Shown here: piece by piece, positions 49,791-59,093 of the stretch
How the letters are laid out: every line of letters begins with the position of its first letter
How positions within the stretch are numbered: the stretch's first letter is position 1
Origin: Candidatus Poriferihabitaceae bacterium
GTDB lineage: Bacteria > Pseudomonadota > Gammaproteobacteria > Arenicellales > Poriferihabitantaceae
DNA: 64,000 nt
NCBI GenBank assembly: GCA_965213885.1
Contig: OZ243919.1
Coordinates: forward strand, 154,668-218,667
Direction of reading: 5' to 3'
The notes under the pieces: model-generated
What the model saw: the letters and a program-made list of their open reading frames with translations, nothing else
What the model was told of the DNA's origin: nothing
The model's database searches: none
Position numbers and translations under genes: made by a program

Positions 49791-50295
49791 CCGGCAACGG
49801 GAGATCCGGAAAACCAGCCTGTACGTCATCCCCCCCCGGGGTAAAGGTATTCCACGGCCCTCCGAATACCGTTCCTTTACTGAAGAATTGATCTACAGCC
49901 CGATTCCCTTAGTCCTAGTGTTTGGTAGGGAGTTCCGATTAGAATATCTCTTGTCTGGCTGTTCCGGGGGGATTCAGGTTGATTGAAGTGGCTGTCACCG
50001 GACTGACGTATTGGCTGTTGTGGAGCAGGCTGGCACCGTCTGGTGCAACCTTGTCGGGCGAGAGTGCATCCTCGCACCGATGACGGAAGGATATTTCAGC
50101 GAGATGCCGACTATTCGATACGCAAACCGGACCGGTCATTCACCACTCCGTCGAAACCCTCATTTCCAGGCATCAGTCCTGTCGGTAACCCCGACAGGCG
50201 CTACATACCAGCTACGATCAGGCGTTACTTCCCGGAAATTCCCGATACCAGAACGATAAAATCCAATCATTCAAATTCCCCAATCAGGATCCTGG

Positions 50296-50457
50296 ATGAC
50301 CTCTAGAGCGAGTACATCTTCCGGTTCTTCGGCGCCACCCGTTCTCGTTACCGGCTCAGCCGGGCATGTGGGCGCCAATCTCGTTCGCCGACTGTTCGCC
50401 GATGGAACCAGGGTACGGGTGTTGCTGAGGCACGAGGACAACAACGAGGCACTGGAT
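50296..50457 (+). pseudogene. N-terminal fragment of an NAD(P)-dependent epimerase/dehydratase-type SDR, joined to the CYP51 remnant
   Basis: PPVLVTGSAGHVGANLVRRLFADGTRVRVLLRH: Rossmann TGxxGxxG start only (~50 codons). After it the sequence switches to CYP51 homology in another frame. Confidence 0.45.
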
Positions 50458-51171
50458 GGTGTTCACGGTCCCCATCTTTGGACGTGGCGTGGCCTACGAC
50501 GTCACGTCCGAGCTCATGGCCGAGCAACTGGGTTTTCTGTATCCGGCGCTTCGCGAATCCGCAATGTGCAGGGTTGCCCATCATGCTCGAGGAGCGCGCC
50601 CGGTTTGCCGACAACCTGGGTGAACAGGGAATTGTCGATCTGCCACGCGATGAATGAACTGACCGTCAAGATCGCCAGCCGGTGCCTCATCGGAGGGGAA
50701 GTCCGGGAACGGGTGGACTCGGATTTTGCCGATGCCGACCACGAACTGCAAAACGGCATCAACACCCTGGGCTTCTTTCTCCCCAGGCTTCCAACCCCTG
50801 CGCACCGTTCCCGTGACCGGGCCCGGCAGGAAGTGGCCGAGCTCTTCAGCGAGGTCATGGCCGAACGTCGGTGCTCCGGAGTCCAGGCCGATGATTTCAT
50901 GCAGACCCTCATGCGCGCCCGGTACAAGGATGGCAGGGCGTTGCGCGACGAAGAGATTACCGGCATCCTGCTGACGGTGCTGTTCGCGGGCCAGTACACG
51001 AGTGCCGTGCTCGCAACCTGGACCGTGCTTCTCGACCGGTTCGATTTTCAGATCGACACCGCATCTCCCGCGCCGAGCTATGGCAGCTGGGTCACCGGCC
51101 CACGGGAACCGTGCAGGCTCCGTTACCGCCGGCACTCACTCACGGGTGTATTTCGAAGAACGGTCTCATGA
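50458..51171 (+). pseudogene. cyp51: Sterol 14-alpha-demethylase (CYP51) remnant: 5'-truncated, frameshifted, internally deleted
   Basis: Segments in different frames read FTVPIFGRGVAYDV..ELMAEQLGFL / PIMLEERARFADNLGEQGIVDL / NELTVKIASRCLIGGEVRE..FADADHELQNGIN..FFLPRLPTPAHRSRDRARQEV..DFMQTLMRARYKDGRALRDEEITGILLTVLFAGQYTSAVLATWTVLL. The sequence then jumps directly to DRFDFQID..PAPSYGSWVTGPREPCRLRYRR. This is colinear with M. tuberculosis CYP51 as recalled (PIFGEGVVFD.., ELTIYTSSACLIGKKFR.., FAGHHTSS.., EYEFEM..PACVRYRRR). About 170 residues, including the Cys heme-ligand loop, are missing. Confidence 0.7.
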
Positions 51172-54100
51172 CCCGGCGCTACGACGTTGTCATCGTTGGA
51201 GCGGGGCCGGTCGGCAGTTTGTGCGCGCTTGCCCATGCACGGAAAGGGGCCAGGGTGGCCTTGCTCGAAGCGAATCCCAAGGCCGCCCAAAGGCTGGCGG
51301 GCGAATGGCTGCATCCCCCCGCCGTGAGAATACTGCGCGACCTCGGGGTTGAAATCGATGTGCAGACCCGGAAACCGACGGGTAAGGGGTTTGCGATATT
51401 TCCGGAAGATCACACGGAGCCGATCGTCTTTCCTTATCCGGACGGGACCCGCGGATTGACATTCGAGCACGCCTCTCTCGTCTCAAGCCTACATGAGGCG
51501 GTAGAAAACAACCCGAATATTGAACTGCTTCTTCAGGCCCGGGTGCATACGGTTGAGGACGGCCAGGTCATCTATTCACGCAACGGCAACGATGAAGCCC
51601 TGACAGTCCCCCGGGTCATCGGCGCCGACGGCCAGGCTTCCGTCGTCCGCAAATCGCTGGGTCTGTCGATCAGCCCGTTGATCTCCTCGTGGACGGTCGG
51701 GCTCCTGTTGACCGGGGTGAAGCTGCCACTCGAGGGGTATGGCCATGTGCTGCTTGGCGGTCCGGGCCCAATGCTGATTTACCGCCTGGGCGAGCATCAT
51801 GTCAGGCTGATCGTCGATGTCCCGCTGAACCACACGGCACCCAGGGATCGGATCGGATTCCTGCTGGACTCGTATACCGATTTGTTGCCGGAATCGCTCC
51901 GATCCGCGTTTGTGGAGGCCCTGCGGGTGAGGAACTTCCAGGTTGCGGCGAACAAGCTGAGACCGCACGCCACCTACGGAAGTTCGCATCGCGTGCTGAT
52001 TGGCGATGCTGCCGGGCACTATCATCCGATGACGGCGATGGGAATGACCTTCGGTTTCGGCGATGCGCTCTCGCTGGCCGAGTGCGGGGATTTTCGCGAA
52101 TTCACCGCCAGTCGCTTCCGGGCGACCCGGACCCCTTCGTTTCTCGCGATGGGCCTGTACGAGGTCTTTGCCGATCATCGGTTCGAGGCGGTGGCGGTCC
52201 GGCACGCGATTTACCGCAGCGCCCGGGCAAATCCCGCATTCCGCGACCGCACCGTGCGTTTTCTCGCCTGTGAAGACACCTCCGCGGTCCGCATAGGTAT
52301 CGCCGCTTTCGGAACGGTGGCCCGCGCGGTTTCCGGGCAGATTCCGCGATCCCATGACCGGCTTGCCTGGCGCAAGGCCCGAGACGTCAATCAGGCCCTT
52401 GCCGTCCGTCTCGGATGGCTGTTGCGAAGCATCTGGCAACTGTACAGGGCGAGAAGCCATACAGGGGAGATTGACGGACGGACCTGGAGCGCATTGGCAG
52501 GCGTGTTTCCGAACTCCATGCCGCAGAAAGTCCGCGGCTCCCGGCCCAGCCGCCCGCAGGCGGGCGCTTCGATTGACGCATATCCGGCATTGCAGAGTGC
52601 GACCAGGCGCCTCTTGGATCTGCAGGGTGAGGACGGGGACTGGGAAGGGGAAATGGTCTGGTGTCCCATGCTCACGGCGCAATACGTGCTGCTGCATCAC
52701 ATCATCGAAAAGCCGCTCGAGCCCGGCCGGCGACTGCGCGTGCTGCGCTCGTTCGCACAAACCCGCCACGAGGATGGCTTGTGGGGCATGCATGAACACT
52801 CGCAACCCCATCTGTTCGTCACCACGCTGGTGTACGTCGCGGCCAGACTGCTCGGTCTCCAGCGAAATGATCCGATGCTCGGGCCGGCCCGTCGTTTCCT
52901 GCAGGCAGAGGGGGTTCTCGGTATTCCGAGTTGGGGGAAGTTCTGGCTGGCGCTGCTGAATCTCTATGACTGGCGCGGTGTCAACGCCATTCTTCCGGAG
53001 TTGTGGACTTTGCCGCGATGGGTCGCGATTCATCCCTCGAACTGGTACTGCCATACCCGGCTCATCTACATGGCGATGTCGGCGATCTACCCGCAACGGT
53101 TCCAGGCATCCGTGACCCCCGTGATCGCGTCGTTAAGGGAGGAACTCTTTCCCCAGGGATTTGCGAATGTCGATTTTTCCACGGCCGGCGGCCGCTTGCG
53201 CGACGATGACCTCTACGCGCCCCCGGGTGTGTGGCTGCGGTCCGGATACAGGTTTGCAAGGCTGTATGAACGATACCACCACAAACGCCTCCGCAGCCGG
53301 TGTCTGGATTCGATCAACCGGCGAATCAAGTGGGAGTTGCAGACCACCGACCACACGAGCATCTCCCCGGTCAGCGGGATCCTCAATATCCTTGCCCTGT
53401 GGTTGCGTGATCCGGACGATTCCGACTGTCACCGGGCGCTGGAGCGGCTGGATGGCTGGATCTGGGAGGACGAGGAACATGGGGCGCGGGTCACCGGTGC
53501 GAGAAGCGCTTCGTGGGATACGGGGTTCGCCCTTCAGGCCCTGGGGACTGTGCCCGATATCGATGGCGTCGAAATCGCCATGTCAGCCGGAGCCGACTTC
53601 CTTCGCCGGCAACAGATCCGTACCAGCTTCGAAGGGTTTCGCGAGGCCTACCGGAATGACCCCAAGGGAGGCTGGTGTTTTGCCGGGGGGTGGCATGGCT
53701 GGCCCGTGACGGACTGTACCGCGGAAGCGGTGCTGGGGCTGACCGCGGTCCAGCGCGAGGACACGGATACCGCAATGCTCGGCGATGCGGTTCGCTTCAT
53801 GATGCGCGGCCAAAACCGCGATGGTGGTTTTGGCAGTTACGAGGCGCGGCGCTCCATGCTTGGCCTCGAATGGCTGAACCCGGCCGAGATGTTTGGCGAC
53901 TCGATGACCGAGCGTTCCTACGTCGAGTGCACCGCGTCCTGTCTGGCAGCCTTTGCCGCCTGCGGGGAGGATCTCCCGAAGACCACCAATCAGGCGGTCA
54001 TGAAGGCGATCGCGCGTGCGGATGCCTGGCTTCGCAGGTCCCAGGCATGCGACGGGTCCTGGCGTGGTGTATGGGGCGTCCAGTTCATCTATGGTACGTT

Positions 54101-54632
54101 TTTCGGGATCCGGGGCCTGCTTGCCGCCGGAGCGCTTCCAGGTGATCCGGCATTGCGCCTGGCCTGCCGGTGGCTGCTGGATCGCCAGCGCAGCGATGGT
54201 GGATGGGGTGAGCATCACAGCGGCTGCCTGTCCGGCCGATACGTCGCGCACGAGGAAAGCCAGGTCATTCAGACGGCTTGGGCCATGATCGCGCTGCTGG
54301 AGGCGGAAGATTCGAACTGGAACGCGATTTCAGAGGGCGCCCGGTTTTTGCTGGACGCACAGCATGCGGATGGGTCCTGGCCCAGGCAGGACATGGCCGG
54401 TGTCTTCTTTCGCACGGCCCTGCTGGATTACGTACTGTACCGGCAGTACTTCCCACTGCATGCGCTCGGTCTCTATGAGCAGCGTCGTCGGGTCAGGCTG
54501 GAACTGACGACTCCCGCCAGTGTGGACGTCGACACGGGAACCGCAGCGGGGGAAGATACTTCGAAGCACTGTACGGGCCGGGCCGTACGTTCGGGGTCAG
54601 CCGCAGCTATGCATCTTGCGAAACAGCGCTAG
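51168..54632 (+). CDS. Fusion protein: squalene monooxygenase (epoxidase)-like flavoprotein plus oxidosqualene cyclase
   Basis: N-terminal half: YDVVIVGAGPVGS, GEWLHPPAVRILRDLG, IGADGQASVVRKSL, LIGDAAGHYHPMTAMGMTFGFGDA. C-terminal half: SWGKFWLALLNLYDWRGVN, HPSNWYCHTRLIYMAMS, SASWDTGFALQAL, GGWHGWPVTDCTAEA, QNRDGGFGSYE, YVECTASCL, QACDGSWRGVWGVQFIYGT, QRSDGGWGEH, QHADGSWPRQDMAGVF. The frame is uninterrupted. The ATG at 51168 overlaps the stop of the CYP51 remnant (ATGA). Confidence 0.85.
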   Translation: MTRRYDVVIVGAGPVGSLCALAHARKGARVALLEANPKAAQRLAGEWLHPPAVRILRDLGVEIDVQTRKPTGKGFAIFPEDHTEPIVFPYPDGTRGLTFEHASLVSSLHEAVENNPNIELLLQARVHTVEDGQVIYSRNGNDEALTVPRVIGADGQASVVRKSLGLSISPLISSWTVGLLLTGVKLPLEGYGHVLLGGPGPMLIYRLGEHHVRLIVDVPLNHTAPRDRIGFLLDSYTDLLPESLRSAFVEALRVRNFQVAANKLRPHATYGSSHRVLIGDAAGHYHPMTAMGMTFGFGDALSLAECGDFREFTASRFRATRTPSFLAMGLYEVFADHRFEAVAVRHAIYRSARANPAFRDRTVRFLACEDTSAVRIGIAAFGTVARAVSGQIPRSHDRLAWRKARDVNQALAVRLGWLLRSIWQLYRARSHTGEIDGRTWSALAGVFPNSMPQKVRGSRPSRPQAGASIDAYPALQSATRRLLDLQGEDGDWEGEMVWCPMLTAQYVLLHHIIEKPLEPGRRLRVLRSFAQTRHEDGLWGMHEHSQPHLFVTTLVYVAARLLGLQRNDPMLGPARRFLQAEGVLGIPSWGKFWLALLNLYDWRGVNAILPELWTLPRWVAIHPSNWYCHTRLIYMAMSAIYPQRFQASVTPVIASLREELFPQGFANVDFSTAGGRLRDDDLYAPPGVWLRSGYRFARLYERYHHKRLRSRCLDSINRRIKWELQTTDHTSISPVSGILNILALWLRDPDDSDCHRALERLDGWIWEDEEHGARVTGARSASWDTGFALQALGTVPDIDGVEIAMSAGADFLRRQQIRTSFEGFREAYRNDPKGGWCFAGGWHGWPVTDCTAEAVLGLTAVQREDTDTAMLGDAVRFMMRGQNRDGGFGSYEARRSMLGLEWLNPAEMFGDSMTERSYVECTASCLAAFAACGEDLPKTTNQAVMKAIARADAWLRRSQACDGSWRGVWGVQFIYGTFFGIRGLLAAGALPGDPALRLACRWLLDRQRSDGGWGEHHSGCLSGRYVAHEESQVIQTAWAMIALLEAEDSNWNAISEGARFLLDAQHADGSWPRQDMAGVFFRTALLDYVLYRQYFPLHALGLYEQRRRVRLELTTPASVDVDTGTAAGEDTSKHCTGRAVRSGSAAAMHLAKQR

Positions 54633-55665
54633 CCGAAGTTTCGGGCCGGGCGCCATTCCCTTCTTCCTCAGTTTCCCGGGCACCGGGTTTGCGGGCCAGG
54701 AAGAAAAACATGGGCGCGAAAACACCGGACTCGCCACCTTCGACCAGGGAATCCGCCCCTGATTCAACAACCTGCTGATCTCGGCGGTGCCTTTCGGAAC
54801 CACTCGCACCCTCTCGGCGACCCGCAACACCAGATTGGTCAGGAACCGGCCCGCCGGTGTGCGCGGCATGCCTGAAAGACTGAAATCACGACCCTGCAAT
54901 GCCCGGTACCAGGGCGTTTCCGGGTCCGACTCGGCGGCAACGTCGCGACCCTCCAGGAGTTCGAACCCGGCCGCGCGAAGTGCATCGCAGACCTCCGACG
55001 TGCCGGCGATATCCGGCAGTCCGTTGCCTGTTTCAATTTCCTTCTTGATCCGCAGATGCGCTTCGTTCTGCGGATCAAAGTGTTCCGTAAGACACCACTC
55101 GTAGGGCGCAGGACGCGGAAGATCTCCCCGCATGCGGCTGTCTTGTCCGGTGCGTGGGGCATGGACTCGATGGCGATGGTGCTGTCATAGCAGCCATCGT
55201 CTTCGGGTATCTGCATGTAGTCGCCGTGAATGAATCCGCACAATGACTGGATGTCCCGGGTGTGCAGCCTGGCGCGTTCGATCTGGTAGGCGTTATTGTT
55301 GATCCCGACGAATCCGGCCCCGGAATCACGGGCCAGGTTGGACATCGGTCCCCCGACTCCGCAACCCACGTCCAGCACCCGCATCCCCGGCCCGAGGGAC
55401 AACCGGTCAGCAAGATACTTCTGGTGCCTGAGAAGCGAAGCCTTCAGGTTCTCGCCCCGCCGCCGGGGGGCAAAGTGAAAGGACCGGCCCCAGCCAAATT
55501 CGTAGAAATCGGTTGCCAGGTCGCAGTAGTGATTGACGAGCATCACATGGCGTTCCTTATCTTCGCTCCGGCATCGTGAAGTTCTGTGTATTGGGCGACC
55601 ACGGAGTTCACTTCATCCGGGGCGATGTCTCCAAGGGACCGGGACTCCGGCTGCTTGACGGGTCC
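54608..55665 (-). pseudogene. Sterol C-24 methyltransferase (ERG6/SMT-like), multiply frameshifted
   Basis: Colinear pieces lie in different minus frames: DEVNSVVAQYTELHDAG / EDKERHVMLVNHYCDLATDFYEFGWGRSFHFAP..LDVGCGVGGP..GINNNAYQIERA..AIESMPHAPDK..GEIFRVLRP / YEWCLTEHFDPQNEAHLRIKKEIETGNGLPDI..PWYRAL.. / ADSLVEGGESGVFAPMFFFLARKPG. At least 3 frame changes. The 3' end overlaps the cyclase 3' end convergently. Confidence 0.7.
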
Positions 55666-56137
55666 ATGGGGTGATCGATTGTCTTGCGTGGTTCCCACGA
55701 TTTCATAAACCTGTGTTCGATTCCCGGAAAATTTCTACGGTATCTGGCTGATATGACAATATCAATTTCCCGGAGTCTTCCAGGGGAGGTGAACCTGAAG
55801 GCTGCAGTGTCGAATCATAGGGAATCGACGGGGAAATTGCATGCCGGACAGGATGGGATTCGGGCATCTTCGTCCGGGCCTCACGCTTCGAGATCGAACC
55901 CGGACACCGGGAACAGCAGAATCACTGCAAAGGACTATCCGAGAGTATCCAGTCACATGCCCGAACACCGCACTGATCAGGCACTTCCCGAACAGGAGGC
56001 AGGACATGCCCGCCTGACGATCTCTGCGGGACTGTTCGTGACGCTGTTCATCGTGACCGCGTCTCTTGCCTGTATCGGCACCCGCACCCGCACCCGCTAT
56101 TTTGCCTTTGGGAACCTGGACCGGTGTTTGCGTGCGT

Positions 56138-56872
56138 TCAGGGCAGGCTCAGTCGTGTCATCCGCCCACCGTCGACGGTATACACTTGTCCGGTAATGAA
56201 CCCGGCCTCATCAGCGGCAAGAAAGGCGACGAGGCTTGCCACTTCTTCCGGCGTTCCGGTCCGTCCGACCGGGTGGACCCGGCCGATGCCCTGTCGAAAC
56301 GCGGACGGATCAGGCATTGTGTCGATAAAAGCGAGGTTCAGTTCGGTGTCGATCCAACCGGGTGCCACGGCATTGCAACGCACGCCATCCTTTCCATGAT
56401 CGACGGCGACCGCACGGGTCAGACCATGCAGCCCGGCCTTGGTCGCACAATAGGCTGCGTGGTTCGGGTTCGATCCCAGTCCCTCGATCGAGCCGGTATT
56501 GACGATGCTGCCCTGGGTCTTCCGTAAGTGCGGAAGGGCGGCCTTGATCATCAGGAACGGTGCTGTGAGGTTCACCGCGATGTTGCGGGTCCAGTCCTCG
56601 ACGCTCATGTCCTCGATGCCTGCTTCCTGCATCATACCGGCGTTGTTCACCAGCACGTTCAGTTGCCCGGTGCGAGCGACGACATCGGCAATGACGCGCT
56701 CGGGCGTTCCGGGGTCGGACAGGTCCGCCTCAATCCCCTCGAAATCATCGTCAGACCCCCGCTGCGCCGTGAACACCCGGGCACCTTCGTCCCGGAGGCG
56801 CTTGGCAATGGCGCGACCGATACCTGACCGGCCCCCAGTCACGAGCGCGACTTTCCCCTCGAAACGCTTCAT
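56138..56872 (-). CDS. Short-chain dehydrogenase/reductase
   Basis: KVALVTGGRSGIGRAIA, NNAG, S..YCATKAG (YxxxK). I placed the start at the ATG overlapping the upstream stop (ATGA); the track start is 56914. Confidence 0.85.
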   Translation of the reverse strand: MKRFEGKVALVTGGRSGIGRAIAKRLRDEGARVFTAQRGSDDDFEGIEADLSDPGTPERVIADVVARTGQLNVLVNNAGMMQEAGIEDMSVEDWTRNIAVNLTAPFLMIKAALPHLRKTQGSIVNTGSIEGLGSNPNHAAYCATKAGLHGLTRAVAVDHGKDGVRCNAVAPGWIDTELNLAFIDTMPDPSAFRQGIGRVHPVGRTGTPEEVASLVAFLAADEAGFITGQVYTVDGGRMTRLSLP

Positions 56873-57603
56873 GACACGGGCTTTCCGCCGTTCACCTCGA
56901 CCAGGGCGCCGCACATGTACCGGGACGCATCGGACGCCAGAAAAAGAACGACATCGGTAATGTCCTCGGGTTCGGCGATGCGTCCGATGGGTACAGTCTT
57001 GCCCAGTTCCAGAACCGCCGTGTCCGGGTCATAGCCTCGCTTGGCAAAGCCAGTGCGCAACATCGGTGTGTTAACCTCGTTCGGGCAGACCGCGTTGATG
57101 CGGATACCCTGATGGGCGTGATCCATGCCCATGCACTGGGTCAAAGCGGCAATCGCCGCCTTGGTCATACAATAAAGCGCATGATCAGGTCCGGGGGCTT
57201 TGCCACCCCAGCACGATGCGGTGTTCACGATCACGCCGCCCCCTGCGTCGGCCATAAGAGGGATTGCCGCGCGGCAAATCCGGAACGGTGCCGCGACGTT
57301 GACACCAAGCGACAGATCCCAGTCGGCATCGGCTGTATCAGTCACCTTGCCGCGGGTGATGACCCCGGCGTTATTGATCACGATGTCGAGCCCGCCCAAT
57401 GCCTTGACCGCAGCCTGCGGCAAACCATCGGCATAAGCGGGGTCGAGCAGGTCGCCGGGCAGATGCGCGTTAGCCTCGATCCCATCGACAATGCGGTCTG
57501 CAGCTGCCACGTGTGCACCCTGCGCACGCAGGGCTTTGACAAGTGCACCGCCGATACCGCCAGCGGCCCCGGTCACCAGAGCTTTTTTTCCATCAAAGCT
57601 CAT
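56869..57603 (-). CDS. Short-chain dehydrogenase/reductase
   Basis: KKALVTGAAGGIGGALV, NNAG, YCMTKAA. Confidence 0.85.
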   Translation of the reverse strand: MSFDGKKALVTGAAGGIGGALVKALRAQGAHVAAADRIVDGIEANAHLPGDLLDPAYADGLPQAAVKALGGLDIVINNAGVITRGKVTDTADADWDLSLGVNVAAPFRICRAAIPLMADAGGGVIVNTASCWGGKAPGPDHALYCMTKAAIAALTQCMGMDHAHQGIRINAVCPNEVNTPMLRTGFAKRGYDPDTAVLELGKTVPIGRIAEPEDITDVVLFLASDASRYMCGALVEVNGGKPVS

Positions 57604-57615
57604 TTTTCTTCGTTT

Positions 57616-58767
57616 TCAAAAACTTGCGATCGGGTCGCCAAACAGTGTTACGTCCGGAACCACGCCAAGCCCCGGCCCCTCTGGCAGCGCGATATGGCCG
57701 CCTTCGATCCGAATGCTGTTTTGGGCGTCGTAGTGTCCGTCGATATAGGGCGCGGCCAGCCACGCCCCTTCGCATAGCTCGGGGCGGGTGGTAGCCGCAA
57801 CATGGGTGCAGGCCGCCGCGATGACGTCACCGCCCCACGCATCATCACACGTGTGGGGCAGGTTCCGCGCCTCGCAGATATCACGGAAGGTGCGCATGTG
57901 TTGCAGCCCGCCAATGCGCGTTACTTTCATGCCAAACCCGTCGACGAGATTGGTGCCGACCGCACTAAGGACGGTGTTCAGATCCACGCTGTTTTCGTCC
58001 ATGTAGATCGCATGGGCAATCTGCGGGCGGATCTTGCGCAGGTCCTCGACGGTATTGCACGGTTGTTCCATGATAAAGGGGACATCGGGGCATTCCCGGC
58101 TGACGCGCAGCGCATCGCGCGTGGTCCATCCCCGATTTCCGTCGATGGCCAACCGGATGCCGGAACCTCGGATATTCTCCCAGACCTTGCGGATCGTCTC
58201 AATATCAATTTCAACCGGGCGACCGCCCAACTTGATCTGGAGGCGTGGGTACCCTTCAGCGCCCTTTTGTTGGGCCAGTCGAGCAATGTCGTCAGGTGCA
58301 CCAACACCGACCGCGTAATACGACGGCACACGTTCCGTAACGGCTCCCCCAAGCAAATCCGCCACACGGACGCCCAGCTTCTTGCCCAAAAGGTCATGAG
58401 CGGCGATGTCAATCGCGGCTTTCGCGTAGTTGTGTCCATTAAGGCGCGCGTTCATCCGCTGATGTAGGATTACTGGCCAAAGCTCCGCCCCGATCAACCC
58501 TGGCGCAATCTTGGCCAGCGCGGCCAGCGCGCCTGCCGCATGCGCTTCTGCATAGGTGGAGCCGACCGGACAGGTTTCGCCCCAGCCTTCAGTCCCATCC
58601 TCGGCCACCAGACGCACCAACGTCGTGTCGAGCGTCCAGACATTGGCATTGGCCATCACATAGGGGCCATTCTTAACCGGCAAGTCGTGTCGGTAGATGT
58701 GCATCTCGCGGATACGCATCGACCTTCGGTGGGCTGTTTTAGCCTCGCTTGGCTTAGGTTGGTTCAT
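57616..58767 (-). CDS. Enolase-superfamily enzyme (mandelate racemase / muconate lactonizing family)
   Basis: Capping domain (..[15 protein letters not shown]..), [14 protein letters not shown], barrel metal-ligand contexts (..LAIDGNRGW.., ..IMEQP.., ..IYMDE..). An alternative start lies at 58719. Confidence 0.8.
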   Translation of the reverse strand: MNQPKPSEAKTAHRRSMRIREMHIYRHDLPVKNGPYVMANANVWTLDTTLVRLVAEDGTEGWGETCPVGSTYAEAHAAGALAALAKIAPGLIGAELWPVILHQRMNARLNGHNYAKAAIDIAAHDLLGKKLGVRVADLLGGAVTERVPSYYAVGVGAPDDIARLAQQKGAEGYPRLQIKLGGRPVEIDIETIRKVWENIRGSGIRLAIDGNRGWTTRDALRVSRECPDVPFIMEQPCNTVEDLRKIRPQIAHAIYMDENSVDLNTVLSAVGTNLVDGFGMKVTRIGGLQHMRTFRDICEARNLPHTCDDAWGGDVIAAACTHVAATTRPELCEGAWLAAPYIDGHYDAQNSIRIEGGHIALPEGPGLGVVPDVTLFGDPIASF

Positions 58768-59093
58768 GTCAGGCCCTCTGTGTCCAAAGTTGCGCGGGGT
58801 GCTTCCAGGGCAGCGGTCTTCGCGTCCGACGGGGTTTGCAGACGGGCCATGTCTGTCATTCCTTCGTGCAAGAGAAAAGGGTCTGAGCGATGTGACGGGT
58901 ATCCCTGTCGGGTGAGATGCGCTCTAAATAGACGCGGAACTCATTCGCCTTCACCGGTACGAAACGGGGGGGAGCATGAAGGCTTCCCGGGCCGGACCCG
59001 GTCTTCTCCGCCGGGCGCGAAACACCGGGGCTCCTTCGCGCGAGTAAGGCTTGCCGCATCACCTGTTACTGATTCCGGCAATGTTCCTGGCGT

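Noticed and set aside
49830-50295. AT-richer 470-bp stretch upstream of the SDR/CYP51 remnant as a possible IS or MITE
   Set aside because: I found no terminal inverted repeats, no transposase-like frame and no similarity to the other AT-rich spacer (32396-32875). It is left unannotated.
52590-54632. Calling the cyclase half a squalene-hopene cyclase
   Set aside because: The catalytic box is VTDCTAE (oxidosqualene-cyclase type), not DxDDTA. The fusion partner is an epoxidase, which hopanoid synthesis does not need.
55684-56196. 170-aa plus-strand ORF between the SMT remnant and the SDR operon
   Set aside because: It has no recognisable motif. It partly overlaps the SDR gene 3' end antisense, and its composition resembles intergenic DNA.
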